Virus record (IMG/VR): IMGVR_UViG_3300037465_000347
Coordinates: 420-64,419 of that record
Strand: one strand, 5' to 3'
Origin: a virus
DNA length: 64,000 bases
Shown here: positions 26,720 to 36,147 of the stretch, in pieces
Numbering within the stretch: the first letter of the stretch is position 1
Layout of the letters: each line of letters opens with the position of its first letter
Made by a program: the position numbers and the translations under genes
The notes under the pieces: model-generated
What the model saw: the letters and a program-made list of their open reading frames with translations, nothing else
The model's database searches: none
What the model was told of the DNA's origin: nothing

Positions 26720-27436
26720 ATGTCTGATACTGACGGTAAAATTAAACTAATCAAAAACCCTGATAGAAATAAACCTACGGCATATAAACCATATGTGCCG
26801 CAGTATCAGGTACATGGTAAAGAACCTCAAGAATATCAAGGCGGTGCAGTGGCGCCTGGTCATCAAATGACTAGGCCCACTTCTCTGCCAAGTGATAATC
26901 CAAGATCTAAAAGAGTGCCACTTCGTCAACCATATGCTGAGGTAGCTCCCTCACCTATTGGAAGGGGGCCGGTTCCAAATGTAGGAAATAATATGGAACA
27001 TACATGGTCTAGTGTAGATGGTGAAATTATTGATGATTTATCCAATCCGGAGTTTGACCCTAATCAACAAATGATTGATAATAATGATTTCGTGACTGAA
27101 ACAGCTTTAGGATATCAAAGTGGACCAACAGCGGCAGATATTTTTCCACACTATCAAGCCTACGCTCCACAAGCTATTGAGCAGGAAATTGAAGCTATCC
27201 ATCAGCCGGCCGATCCAGATGATTTGCTGCCCGTTCTAACCAGTTTAGATGATGAGTCTTATTTGTTAATTGTAGCTGGGGTGCCAGTTTGTTCTGGTCC
27301 TAAGACCGAAATTGAAGACCAAGCTAGAGCTTTAGTATTTGGTGAGCACGAATTAAGCGACGGAAATCCTGTGCCAATTGATGATATAATTATTCTTAAG
27401 AGAGTCAAGGTAAAAGTTGGTTTATTCTTAGAATAA
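26720..27436 (+). CDS. Hypothetical Pro-rich protein
   Basis: ORF track. Confidence 0.7.
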   Translation: MSDTDGKIKLIKNPDRNKPTAYKPYVPQYQVHGKEPQEYQGGAVAPGHQMTRPTSLPSDNPRSKRVPLRQPYAEVAPSPIGRGPVPNVGNNMEHTWSSVDGEIIDDLSNPEFDPNQQMIDNNDFVTETALGYQSGPTAADIFPHYQAYAPQAIEQEIEAIHQPADPDDLLPVLTSLDDESYLLIVAGVPVCSGPKTEIEDQARALVFGEHELSDGNPVPIDDIIILKRVKVKVGLFLE

Positions 27437-27443
27437 AGGTATC

Positions 27444-28259
27444 ATGGGACAAGAACCAAGAAAAGCTACTGATGTATTATTAGATTTAGAATCTAAAGTA
27501 GGTATGTTATTAGACATCATACGTGCTCAAGATTTAAACATCAAAGTATTATCTAATAAATTAAATGATGTAATTGGGCGCTTAGATAAACAGCAAGCTG
27601 GTCCACCTAAGATTGTTGTAGAAGCAATGCAGACTCCTGTACGGCAGGCATCTGTTGTTCCACCAGGGTTTACTCAAATTCCGGCTGGCGATCCAGAGAA
27701 GAATATTCCAATAGCTGCCGAATCTAAACTAATACAAACGGAAATGCCAAATGGCTTCCGCCGTAGTTCACGACCAGAAACTTATGCTGGTGATAATGTC
27801 TATTTACCTCATCCCGAAAATGAAATGAAGTTGCCAGTGCAGCTTCCAAAGCAAACACCTCGTCAACAAGCAATGACTCCGCCTCCTGGTCGCTCTGAAG
27901 CTATAGTACCGCCCGAAGCAACTAAGAATACAAAAATAGCTCCTCCGCCAGCGCCCGATGAACCTTTACCTCAAGTTTCAACTGGTCAAATTCCAGTTCA
28001 ACAACGCTGTGTTGACAAGAATGGCAAATCTATTTTCTTGGCTCCCGTTGAAATTGTAGATGCAACAACTGGATTGCCAGTTTTTAAAACAAGAACAAAT
28101 GGAACTGGTAAATGGATGGCTGCACTTGGTATAGGTGTGTATCGAGTAACGATCACCAAGCAAGCTAATATAAGTAAAGAAAAGCTTGAAGCGGTACAAA
28201 ACATTCAAGTGGATGGCACCCAATCACCACTCGAATTACCGATGATCATCATCAAGTGA
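27444..28259 (+). CDS. Hypothetical protein (coiled coil, Pro-rich linker, beta-sandwich-like C-terminus)
   Basis: ORF track; RTNGTGKW..LGIGVYRVTI resembles a prealbumin/CarboxypepD_reg-like fold. Confidence 0.65.
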   Translation: MGQEPRKATDVLLDLESKVGMLLDIIRAQDLNIKVLSNKLNDVIGRLDKQQAGPPKIVVEAMQTPVRQASVVPPGFTQIPAGDPEKNIPIAAESKLIQTEMPNGFRRSSRPETYAGDNVYLPHPENEMKLPVQLPKQTPRQQAMTPPPGRSEAIVPPEATKNTKIAPPPAPDEPLPQVSTGQIPVQQRCVDKNGKSIFLAPVEIVDATTGLPVFKTRTNGTGKWMAALGIGVYRVTITKQANISKEKLEAVQNIQVDGTQSPLELPMIIIK

Positions 28260-28267
28260 GTGCAACA

Positions 28268-28498
28268 ATGTCTGTAAAAATTTCTACTGAAAGGGCTGAG
28301 CAATTATTCTAAGCTGAACTAAAAATGAAGCTTATGAAATCTTTGCTTGAAGCAATGGACTCCGGCACATGGTCTATGTCAGAAAATAGACCAGATTTAG
28401 ATATTCATACTGGACATATTGGTGATACAGATATTGAGATTACGTTTAATCATCCAGAATTTGGAGAGATAAAAATTAGCGGTAAGAATTTCGTTTAA
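28268..28498 (+). pseudogene. Small gene interrupted by an in-frame TAA at 28310
   Basis: MSVKISTERAEQLF*AELKMKLMKSLLEAMDSGTWSMSENRPDLDIHTGH...; the frame continues past the stop. Confidence 0.45.
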
Positions 28499-28528
28499 CC
28501 CACCTTGGCATAATTTGCCGTGTAGGGT

Positions 28529-29062
28529 ATGCCAGATTACAAAAATTATAACGAAGATCGCACCAAGAAGCTTTGTTTTGCTTGTAAAGATATGCTTGAC
28601 ATCGAATTGTTTCGAATGAAAGAAAAGAAACGGGGTCGAGGTAAAGGTAAATATCGAAACAGTGTTTGCAAGAAATGCGAACAACGACAAGTCGAAGAAT
28701 ATAGAACAACTGATATTGGTATAGCAGCCGAGATTGCTCGTCGACATAAGCATGTTTGTAAAGTTGATTCATTACCATATGATTTGGATAAATATTGGAT
28801 TTTAGAAAAACTTAACTCGATAAGTTGGAAATGTGAGCTAACAGGGCTGCCCTTTAACTTAAAAAGAAATATCAATGACAAACGACAGGGGTTTCAGTGG
28901 GACTCTGTGTCAGTTGATAGATTAAATCCTAAAGGCGGCTACACCAAAGATAACATAAGGTTCGTTATAAATCAGGTTAATGTCTTTAGGCAAAACCACC
29001 CTGACGAACAGATGTATATGGTGGCTAAGGCACTGTTAGATTACAGGAGCAAAAGTGAGTAA
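28529..29062 (+). CDS. Free-standing endonuclease (same family as 4026..4575)
   Basis: CFAC..CKKC; WKCELTGLPF..SVSVDRLNPKGGYTKDNIRFV. Confidence 0.75.
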   Translation: MPDYKNYNEDRTKKLCFACKDMLDIELFRMKEKKRGRGKGKYRNSVCKKCEQRQVEEYRTTDIGIAAEIARRHKHVCKVDSLPYDLDKYWILEKLNSISWKCELTGLPFNLKRNINDKRQGFQWDSVSVDRLNPKGGYTKDNIRFVINQVNVFRQNHPDEQMYMVAKALLDYRSKSE

Positions 29063-29756
29063 GAAAAAATTCAGTGTGATTGTTGCCGATTGTCCATGGC
29101 CTTTCAAAGATTCTTTAAAAATGTCCGATGTCAAGCGTGGTGCCCAGGCTAACTACGACACCATGACAATGCAACAAATTCGTGAGATGCCCGTAACTGA
29201 GGCTTGCGATCCAGATGGGGCAGTCTTATGTTTATGGGTGCCCGGCTCATTGCTTCAGGATGGTCTCGACACTATGAAAGCGTGGGGGTTTGACCACAAA
29301 CAAACTTATGTATGGGTCAAAATCAAGAAGCACAGATTTCAGAGATTTACCAAGTGGATAAAGAAAAGTGTACTAAGACACCCACAAATTGCCTATGAGA
29401 GATTTGCTTGTGTAAGGGCAATTAATGCCATCATAGATAATTTACCTAATGTAAATTTTAATGAAGAATTAGCATTTGGAATGGGGCATTTATTTAGACA
29501 GACCCACGAGATTTGTTTAATTGGTACACGCGGGAAAATACTTAAGCAATTAGCTAACAAGTCACAGCGCTCTGTAAGCTTTGCTGAAAATTTGAGGCAT
29601 TCGGCCAAACCGGATGACTTACAAGAATCTTTGGAAACTATGTTTCCAAAAGCTCGGAAACTAGAATTGTTCGCCAGAAGACTCCGACCTGGTTGGACTT
29701 GTCTAGGGAACGAGATTGATGGTAAGGACATATATGATGCTCTTGCCGAACTATAA
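29055..29756 (+). CDS. MT-A70 family adenine methyltransferase
   Basis: SVIVADCPW, YDTM, LCLWV, WGF..YVWVK, GMG.LFRQTHE, HSAKP, LELFAR. Confidence 0.9.
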   Translation: MSKKKFSVIVADCPWPFKDSLKMSDVKRGAQANYDTMTMQQIREMPVTEACDPDGAVLCLWVPGSLLQDGLDTMKAWGFDHKQTYVWVKIKKHRFQRFTKWIKKSVLRHPQIAYERFACVRAINAIIDNLPNVNFNEELAFGMGHLFRQTHEICLIGTRGKILKQLANKSQRSVSFAENLRHSAKPDDLQESLETMFPKARKLELFARRLRPGWTCLGNEIDGKDIYDALAEL

Positions 29757-29771
29757 ACGGAGAATAGAACA

Positions 29772-30281
29772 ATGCCGAAGAAAACGCTATTATTGAATGC
29801 TAGTTATGAGGTGCTTTCTTTTATTCCAGAAAGGAAAGTTTTCAAGTTACTTTTCAAAGACAAGGTTGAAGTCGTCTCTAACTGGGATGAATTCATTACT
29901 TGGGGCAATGGAAAGATTAAGCACCCTTCTATCTTGAGATTGAAGACTCACGTAAAACGAAATTATTTCAACTCAAACTTCAGTCGTAAAGCTTTAGTTA
30001 AAAGAGATAGAAGCACTTGTCAGTACTGCGGTAAGAAGCTTACAGCTTCTCAAATTACAATCGACCACGTATTACCTAGAGCACAAGGCGGCATTACTTC
30101 CTTCGTGAACTGTGTAGTTTCATGCCAGATTTGTAACAATGCGAAGGCTGACAAAACGCCTGAACAAGTAAATATGAAGCTTCTTAAGAAGCCAACTCAC
30201 CCATCTTTCTCTGCACATTACTATGTCGCAGATCCTCAGGAATACTGGCATAAGGATTGGGATGACTTTTTGCGAGGCTAA
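29772..30281 (+). CDS. HNH endonuclease (McrA-like)
   Basis: LLLNASYE..PSILRL..RD..CQYCG..TIDHVLPRAQGG..CQICNNAKADKTP. Confidence 0.9.
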   Translation: MPKKTLLLNASYEVLSFIPERKVFKLLFKDKVEVVSNWDEFITWGNGKIKHPSILRLKTHVKRNYFNSNFSRKALVKRDRSTCQYCGKKLTASQITIDHVLPRAQGGITSFVNCVVSCQICNNAKADKTPEQVNMKLLKKPTHPSFSAHYYVADPQEYWHKDWDDFLRG

Positions 30282-30382
30282 AATCTGAGTTCCGTAAATG
30301 GGGATAATCAAAATATTATCCCCATTCTTCGGCCAATAATATGGAATACCTATATACTTTTCCATGATATATAGGAAGCACC

Positions 30383-30637
30383 ATGACCCAGGTAACATCT
30401 TGCAACTGCATTGTTTGTGCAAAAGAATTTGATCCAGACGAGCTACAGAGCGTAGCTTTGTCTAAAATCAATGTTACTCGTTTCAAGATTTGCCAATCTT
30501 GTTTGGGTCATTGTGATCCTGCTGAAGATTATCGCCAAGCTCGCGAAATTATTAGTTCTTATTTGTGGTTTGCTGAGGCTAAAGGTTTATTCAAAGAAGC
30601 CTCTGATATCTTAGAGGATATTTCTAAGAAGAAATAA
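30383..30637 (+). CDS. Hypothetical Zn-finger protein
   Basis: CIVC...CQSC; GATATATA upstream. Confidence 0.65.
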   Translation: MTQVTSCNCIVCAKEFDPDELQSVALSKINVTRFKICQSCLGHCDPAEDYRQAREIISSYLWFAEAKGLFKEASDILEDISKKK

Positions 30638-30639
30638 TA

Positions 30640-30852
30640 TCACAATTCAATGATGATAACTCGTGGAGATTCTTCTTTATCATCTTTTTCTTGGCGTACT
30701 GGCGGCGGCTCTAATTCAACATAGAGGGGTTGTAGCTCTTCATCGTTCTTCTTTTTTTCGATTTTGTGGATAAAAGGGAAGAATGCGTCCATAGTAACCT
30801 CTAGTCTGTGTATATGACGGAATATTAGTATGATGTGCTCATCCTGCTCCAA
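30640..30852 (-). CDS. Small hypothetical protein (true start probably internal)
   Basis: ORF track; GAGG SD precedes MDAFFPF. Confidence 0.45.
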   Translation of the reverse strand: MEQDEHIILIFRHIHRLEVTMDAFFPFIHKIEKKKNDEELQPLYVELEPPPVRQEKDDKEESPRVIIIEL

Positions 30853-31030
30853 GCTAGCTTTACTGTATGTTAGTAATAAGCAATGTATGCGTTGTCAAGG
30901 CGCAGTCGTTGTCAATATGGCTGTAATTTGTGAAGTTTGTTCCGCTACTGATAAAATTTGTACCGTTTGTTTGAAAAAACTAACTCCATTACAACCTAAA
31001 CCTGGCGGTTGTAACTGTGGTAAAAAATGA
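30830..31030 (+). CDS. Small Cys-rich hypothetical protein
   Basis: Four CxxC motifs. Confidence 0.6.
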   Translation: MMCSSCSKLALLYVSNKQCMRCQGAVVVNMAVICEVCSATDKICTVCLKKLTPLQPKPGGCNCGKK

Positions 31031-31058
31031 TTACGATCCTTGGGGACATAGGTAAAGC

Positions 31059-31586
31059 ATGATAATCACAAATAATGAAGCTGCGCTACGTGTATTTTGC
31101 GAACCTGTTACCATGGAAGAGGTGGGTTCACTAATAGAAACTTTAGAAAAAGAGCTAGACTATGCTAATCGTTTAGGAAAAAATGGTATTGGTTTAGCTG
31201 CTCCACAGATAGGTATCGCTAAAGATATTGCTATTGTACGATTACCAAAGATGAATTTCAATCTAGTAAATGCTAAATTGGTTCAAGGATATGACCCTGC
31301 TGTTTTTACAGATGAAGGGTGTTTGTCTTTTCCGGGTCGATTAGAGACTACTACGAGATTTCAAGAAGTACACATTACTAACAATTTGACTGAGCCACAT
31401 AGTTTTATTGCTACTGGATTTGTAGCTGTTGTATGTCAACATGAATTAGATCATTTGAATTCAACTTTGTTTATGGATCGTAGTATTCCAAAACCAGTTC
31501 CAATTGTAAATAAGGTTAAAATTGGGCCAAACCAACCATGCATTTGTGGTTCTGGTAAGAAATATAAGAAATGTTGTGGCAGATGA
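31059..31586 (+). CDS. def: Peptide deformylase with C-terminal SEC-C motif
   Basis: GIGLAAPQIG, EGCLS, QHELDH; IGPNQPCICGSGKKYKKCC. Confidence 0.95.
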   Translation: MIITNNEAALRVFCEPVTMEEVGSLIETLEKELDYANRLGKNGIGLAAPQIGIAKDIAIVRLPKMNFNLVNAKLVQGYDPAVFTDEGCLSFPGRLETTTRFQEVHITNNLTEPHSFIATGFVAVVCQHELDHLNSTLFMDRSIPKPVPIVNKVKIGPNQPCICGSGKKYKKCCGR

Positions 31587-31768
31587 AGTGTCCAAAATGC
31601 AACAGTTCAGATACCAAAAAAGTTTATGTTAGTGATCCTGAATGGCATATAGGTCATCAACGCTGCCAAAATCCACTTTGCAAATATCAGGGCGATTGGT
31701 TAGAATTCTGTGACCTTCCTATTGTGTTTAAACAGGTTATAATAGATATAGGAGATAACAATGACTGA
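31583..31768 (+). CDS. Small Zn-ribbon hypothetical protein
   Basis: MKCPKC...CQNPLC. Confidence 0.55.
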   Translation: MKCPKCNSSDTKKVYVSDPEWHIGHQRCQNPLCKYQGDWLEFCDLPIVFKQVIIDIGDNND

Positions 31769-32024
31769 CAAAAAAGATGACAGAATAGAATTAAATACTG
31801 ATATTTTAGTGGCTGATGTGATGCTGAGAATAACTGCTTTAGAAAAACTTTTAATTGAAAAGGGAGTTTTTACGCAAGCAGAACTATCTGCTATAACTGA
31901 TGAAATAGCTAAAAAAGTAGCCAAAGTAGTTTTGGAAAAAGCAAAAGTTTCTAAAAATATAGAAGAATTCGTTGCGACACTAGAAAAGTCTGATAGTTCA
32001 GATAAGAAAGATTTTGATAATTAA
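31761..32024 (+). CDS. Hypothetical protein
   Basis: ORF track; GGAG SD. Confidence 0.7.
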   Translation: MTDKKDDRIELNTDILVADVMLRITALEKLLIEKGVFTQAELSAITDEIAKKVAKVVLEKAKVSKNIEEFVATLEKSDSSDKKDFDN

Positions 32025-32332
32025 TGCAATTCATCACTCAAGAAGAAGAAATACAAATAGACTTACCATTACAAGCTTTATATTTTTATGCTTCTTGGAT
32101 GCCGTATCATCATAAGTTTATCACTATGATTTCTAAAATAGAAGAAAAGCACAAGAATATAGCATTCTTTGCTATTGATGTAGAGTCTTTTCCTAATCAG
32201 TGTAAAAGATTTTCTGTTGAATCTATACCTGAAGTTATTATTCTTAAAGGCGGTAAAGAGGTGAAAAGGATTAGCGGGCTTACTCTTACCAGCGCTTTTA
32301 GAAGTGCTTTTGCTGATATATGTACTTCTTGA
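32024..32332 (+). CDS. Thioredoxin-fold protein lacking CxxC
   Basis: LYFYASWMPYH..IDVE..KRFSVESIPEVIILKGGKEVKRISG. Confidence 0.8.
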   Translation: MQFITQEEEIQIDLPLQALYFYASWMPYHHKFITMISKIEEKHKNIAFFAIDVESFPNQCKRFSVESIPEVIILKGGKEVKRISGLTLTSAFRSAFADICTS

Positions 32333-32340
32333 ACCTTTAA

Positions 32341-32763
32341 ATGGAGAAAGTTATGCCAAAGAAAACCAGCAAGAAATCTAGTAAGAAAACCAAGGTTACT
32401 AAGCCTGCCAAAAAGACAGTAAAAACCAAGAAGGTAGATAAGCCGGTGGCACCTCCACAAACTGCTAACCCCCCAGTTCCTCAGGTATTGCCGCCAGTTG
32501 CTGTCAAGACGGAAGCAGAAAAGATTTGGGATGAAATTAAGAATCGTCCTATTGAAATGTTTGGTCTGCCAGATCAGTATGTATTTCAACACGCCACCTT
32601 TGTGCCTGTTGAACCAAATACGCTGTATGTAACTATTCGCTCTACTGCAACTCTCCCTTCACTGGAGGCTGCAATTGCCCCTCATTTTACTGTTGAGTTA
32701 GCTGATAAGTTTGTGCTTATCAAGCGAGTTTCTAAACCATTAATTCCTTTCAAGAAGAGATAA
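32341..32763 (+). CDS. Hypothetical protein with Lys-rich N-terminus
   Basis: ORF track; probable start ATG32353. Confidence 0.7.
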   Translation: MEKVMPKKTSKKSSKKTKVTKPAKKTVKTKKVDKPVAPPQTANPPVPQVLPPVAVKTEAEKIWDEIKNRPIEMFGLPDQYVFQHATFVPVEPNTLYVTIRSTATLPSLEAAIAPHFTVELADKFVLIKRVSKPLIPFKKR

Positions 32764-32766
32764 TAT

Positions 32767-33297
32767 ATGACAAATAGAGGCGGCCCACCAAATCCACCCG
32801 GACAACCAACATTACAAGGACCTGACGAATATACTCCTAAGATTGGAGTGAAAGGTCAAGGACAATCTATATTTGATAGTCGACGTAAAAAACCAACTCA
32901 GCAAGAATTTCAACAACAAGTACAACAAACGCAAGAAACTCTATCTGGTTACAAAAAACGAGCCGCCGAATTGTTTGTACAGTTTCAAAGAGCTATGGCC
33001 GATAAAACTCTACCACAGAATCGCAACATATTTAATCTAGAATCAGAAAAAGAACTTCTTCAGAATATGATTGTGTTGGCAGCAGAAATTAATAGTGATC
33101 CAAATGAAAGAGAAAGTGAAGGCTCGCTTACTTGGATTGTGCTTTTATTAAAAACTTGTTTCACTCAAAGAGATAAGTTGAATGAGCTAGAATATGCAAT
33201 AGCACAGCTTCATAAAAAAACAGATCCTATTGCTATGGCTGATTTTATAAACAAAGAAATTACTAAAGCTCTTGACACGAAAAAAGGTAATGAATAA
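32767..33297 (+). CDS. Hypothetical protein
   Basis: ORF track. Confidence 0.7.
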   Translation: MTNRGGPPNPPGQPTLQGPDEYTPKIGVKGQGQSIFDSRRKKPTQQEFQQQVQQTQETLSGYKKRAAELFVQFQRAMADKTLPQNRNIFNLESEKELLQNMIVLAAEINSDPNERESEGSLTWIVLLLKTCFTQRDKLNELEYAIAQLHKKTDPIAMADFINKEITKALDTKKGNE

Positions 33298-33484
33298 ATT
33301 GACCATGACACCCAAAGAGCTACTTTTATCTTTAATTTCTGAAGAAAAAGAGCGCTTCGGTCAATATTCTCAATTATGTGCCATATACCAAGTACCGCCC
33401 GATCCAATAGCAATAGCGAGACACCAGGGGAAACTGGAAGTGTTGCAGCGGCTTTTGCAGGAAAAGATTATTATCAAGAGTTGA
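33290..33484 (+). CDS. Hypothetical protein overlapping the primase zinc-domain ORF
   Basis: ORF track 33272..33484. Confidence 0.45.
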   Translation: MNKLTMTPKELLLSLISEEKERFGQYSQLCAIYQVPPDPIAIARHQGKLEVLQRLLQEKIIIKS

Positions 33485-33993
33485 TTAGTAGGGCCAATAC
33501 AGTACCCATTACAAAGTTATTTCGTCATTATGGCATCCGCCTGGATGAACATAATAAGAAAACAGCTTGTCCATTCAAATCGCATGCGGGTGGCCGTGAG
33601 CGTTCACCTTCATTCTGGTATTATCCTCATACAAATACGTTCCACTGTTTTGGTTGCCACAAAGGTCCATCTTGTTGTGACTTTGTAGTAGAGATGGAAC
33701 AATGTACGAAGGTACAAGCAGCTCAAAAGATACTACATCTATTTGAATCAGATGTAGATGAGGATAATATGTACAACATGCAGGATTTTGATGAGCGTCT
33801 CAAAATAATGATGGACTTTTCAAACACTGTACGTGAGTTTTATCAGACTTATTCGACCGAAAAAGCGGGGGTATATGTTGAGCAAGCGTGTAAAAAATTC
33901 GACACGCTGAACCTAAAGAAAAAGCTTAATAATGAGGCGTTAAGCCGAACTGTTGAGAAACTGAAGGAATACATAAACCTATATAAACCATGA
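33376..33993 (+). CDS. Stand-alone DnaG-type CHC2 zinc-binding domain protein
   Basis: ACPFKSH...SPSF...FHCFGC..G..CDFVVEME....AAQKI. Confidence 0.85.
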   Translation: MCHIPSTARSNSNSETPGETGSVAAAFAGKDYYQELISRANTVPITKLFRHYGIRLDEHNKKTACPFKSHAGGRERSPSFWYYPHTNTFHCFGCHKGPSCCDFVVEMEQCTKVQAAQKILHLFESDVDEDNMYNMQDFDERLKIMMDFSNTVREFYQTYSTEKAGVYVEQACKKFDTLNLKKKLNNEALSRTVEKLKEYINLYKP

Positions 33994-34302
33994 AGAAAAC
34001 TTGGGAAGAAAAACTAGAAGAAATTCTAGAAAATCATGATGATGTGTTCGGACATAATACCGAAGTAGATATCCATCGTTTTATGCGCGGGCTCAAAAAA
34101 AGCCGCTCGCACATGTGAAGAATTAGAGATTGATGTGGTTGATTATTACACCATAAGAATCAAGCTTCCTGATCTTGTTTTTAAAGAAAGAGCAAAAGAT
34201 AGGGAATTGGTATTGTTGTATATCTTAACGTCAAGCCCAATGCCAACTGAATGCCGATACAATAAAAAGAAGGATCATTTGACTATAGAGTGGCATTATT
34301 AA
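33990..34302 (+). pseudogene. Hypothetical gene split by a +1 frameshift at A7 (34095-34101)
   Basis: Removing one A gives a continuous ORF MKKTWEEKL...GLKKAARTCEELEID...TIEWHY*. Confidence 0.6.
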
Positions 34303-34340
34303 TGGCGATGTGCATGTAGGTAAATTTTCACATTCATTGT

Positions 34341-34942
34341 ATGAAGTATTTTTATCTGTACAGGATTACAAACATAATTAACGGAAAAGTTTATATTGGG
34401 CAAAGTGTTAATCCATGGGCTCGTTGGCGCAGACATAAATCTGATGTTAAACTCGGCAAAGACAAAAAGCACTTTGCAAATGCTATTAGAAAGCATGGAG
34501 TACATAATTTCATTTTGATGTGATTGCGCAAGCAAAAACTCTAGAAGATATTGATCAAACAGAAATCGATTGCATAAAACAGTACAAATCATCGGATAAA
34601 AAATATGGCTACAACATTGCGCTTGGTGGTAATGGTAAAAGGATAGTTTCCGAACGAACAAGAAAAAAAGATAGCTAAGTTTAGAATGGGCAAGAAAGCG
34701 ACAGAAGAGACTAAACGTAGAATGTCTCAATCTATGATTGGTAAAATGCCGGAGAGAAGAATGGTATGTTCGGACTTTCAAGTGAAGATACCTCATGTGC
34801 TAAGTTGACATTGAGTCAAGCTAACGATATAAGAAGAGAGTACTTTGCTGGTGGCATTTCATCTATCAAATTAGCTGTGAAGTATGGCGTAAGCAAGAAA
34901 ACTGTATGGAACATACTTCACAACAAGATTTACAAAAGCTAA
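34341..34942 (+). pseudogene. GIY-YIG homing endonuclease with NUMOD3 and HTH, carrying three homopolymer frameshifts
   Basis: YLYRITNIINGKVYIGQS; indels at T4 34513, A7 34663 and A4 34743 restore ...GYNIALGG..SEETKRRMSQSMIGKNAGEKNGMFG..AKLT. Confidence 0.85.
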
Positions 34943-34950
34943 GGGACTGA

Positions 34951-36147
34951 ATGTCAACGGTAATAATTCTAGGTGATCCACACGTCGGTAAAGGAACAAA
35001 CATCGGTAAAGGCGGTGTTGGTTCTACGCTCAATAGTCGCATTGTTGACCAACTAAACTTATTAGATTGGACGTTGGATCAGGCTGTTGAGCATCATGCA
35101 GATCACATCATCATCACTGGAGATGTATTTGAAGAGCCAAAGCCTCATCCAGCTTTAATTACTCTATTTATTTCTTGGCTCAAAAAATGTCAAGTACATG
35201 ACATCAATGTGCATATCATTGTTGGCAACCACGATATTCTACGCAATGGTCTAGTATCAACTTCACCATTAGATATTGTGAGTGAAGTTGAATTAGACGG
35301 GATTAGTGTCTACAAAGACATTAACACAATCATAATTGGTACTACAGCTTTTACGCTCGTGCCATTTCGTGATAGAAAATCATTTAGCTCCAATTCTAAC
35401 GCTGAAGCAATTGCGTTGGTTCGCGATAGTCTTGTCTATGAACTTGCTAGCATTCCAACCACCTATCGAAAAGTGTTGATAGGACATTTAGCGATCGAAG
35501 GTTCAATTCCAATTGGTGATGAAATTGACGATTTGGCTAACGAGTTGTTTTGTCCTTTGGATATGTTCCAAGGATATGATTATGTGTGGATGGGACATGT
35601 TCATAAACCTCAAGTAATGAAAAAGAAAAACCCTTATATTGCACACATTGGCAGTATGGATATTTCTAATTTTGGTGAAACAGATCATAAGAAACACATT
35701 GTAATTTTCCATTGTGATGAAGAGAATGGATGGAGTTCAGCGTATTTACCAACAAGACCATTGCAAAAAATCACAGTCAGTGTACCCAAAGGTACCGATG
35801 ATACCACGGCCTATGTTTTGAGCGAAATCAAGAAGGCTGGGGTTCAAGATAAGGCGATTGTAAAAGTAGAGGTATCACTTGCATCTCCTGAGTTGAAATC
35901 AATCAACAAATCAACAATCGAAAAGTATTTGACAGGGCAAGGCGCTTTCAATGTCAATGCAATCTCAGAATTTAAGAAAGTTAACCTTATCAAAAAGGAT
36001 AATAACAATACCATCGACTCAAAGATGGATGTGGCTGCCGCAATCAAAACTTATGCGCAAACCTATATAGAAGATGCTGTAAGACCTGGCTTTATTGAAT
36101 TAGCTATGGATATTCTTACCATCTACAAGGCCGAGGGCAAAGAATGA
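34951..36147 (+). CDS. sbcD: SbcD/Mre11 (gp47-like) nuclease
   Basis: GDPH, TGDVFE, GNHD, GHL, GHVH metallophosphoesterase motifs. Confidence 0.93.
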   Translation: MSTVIILGDPHVGKGTNIGKGGVGSTLNSRIVDQLNLLDWTLDQAVEHHADHIIITGDVFEEPKPHPALITLFISWLKKCQVHDINVHIIVGNHDILRNGLVSTSPLDIVSEVELDGISVYKDINTIIIGTTAFTLVPFRDRKSFSSNSNAEAIALVRDSLVYELASIPTTYRKVLIGHLAIEGSIPIGDEIDDLANELFCPLDMFQGYDYVWMGHVHKPQVMKKKNPYIAHIGSMDISNFGETDHKKHIVIFHCDEENGWSSAYLPTRPLQKITVSVPKGTDDTTAYVLSEIKKAGVQDKAIVKVEVSLASPELKSINKSTIEKYLTGQGAFNVNAISEFKKVNLIKKDNNNTIDSKMDVAAAIKTYAQTYIEDAVRPGFIELAMDILTIYKAEGKE

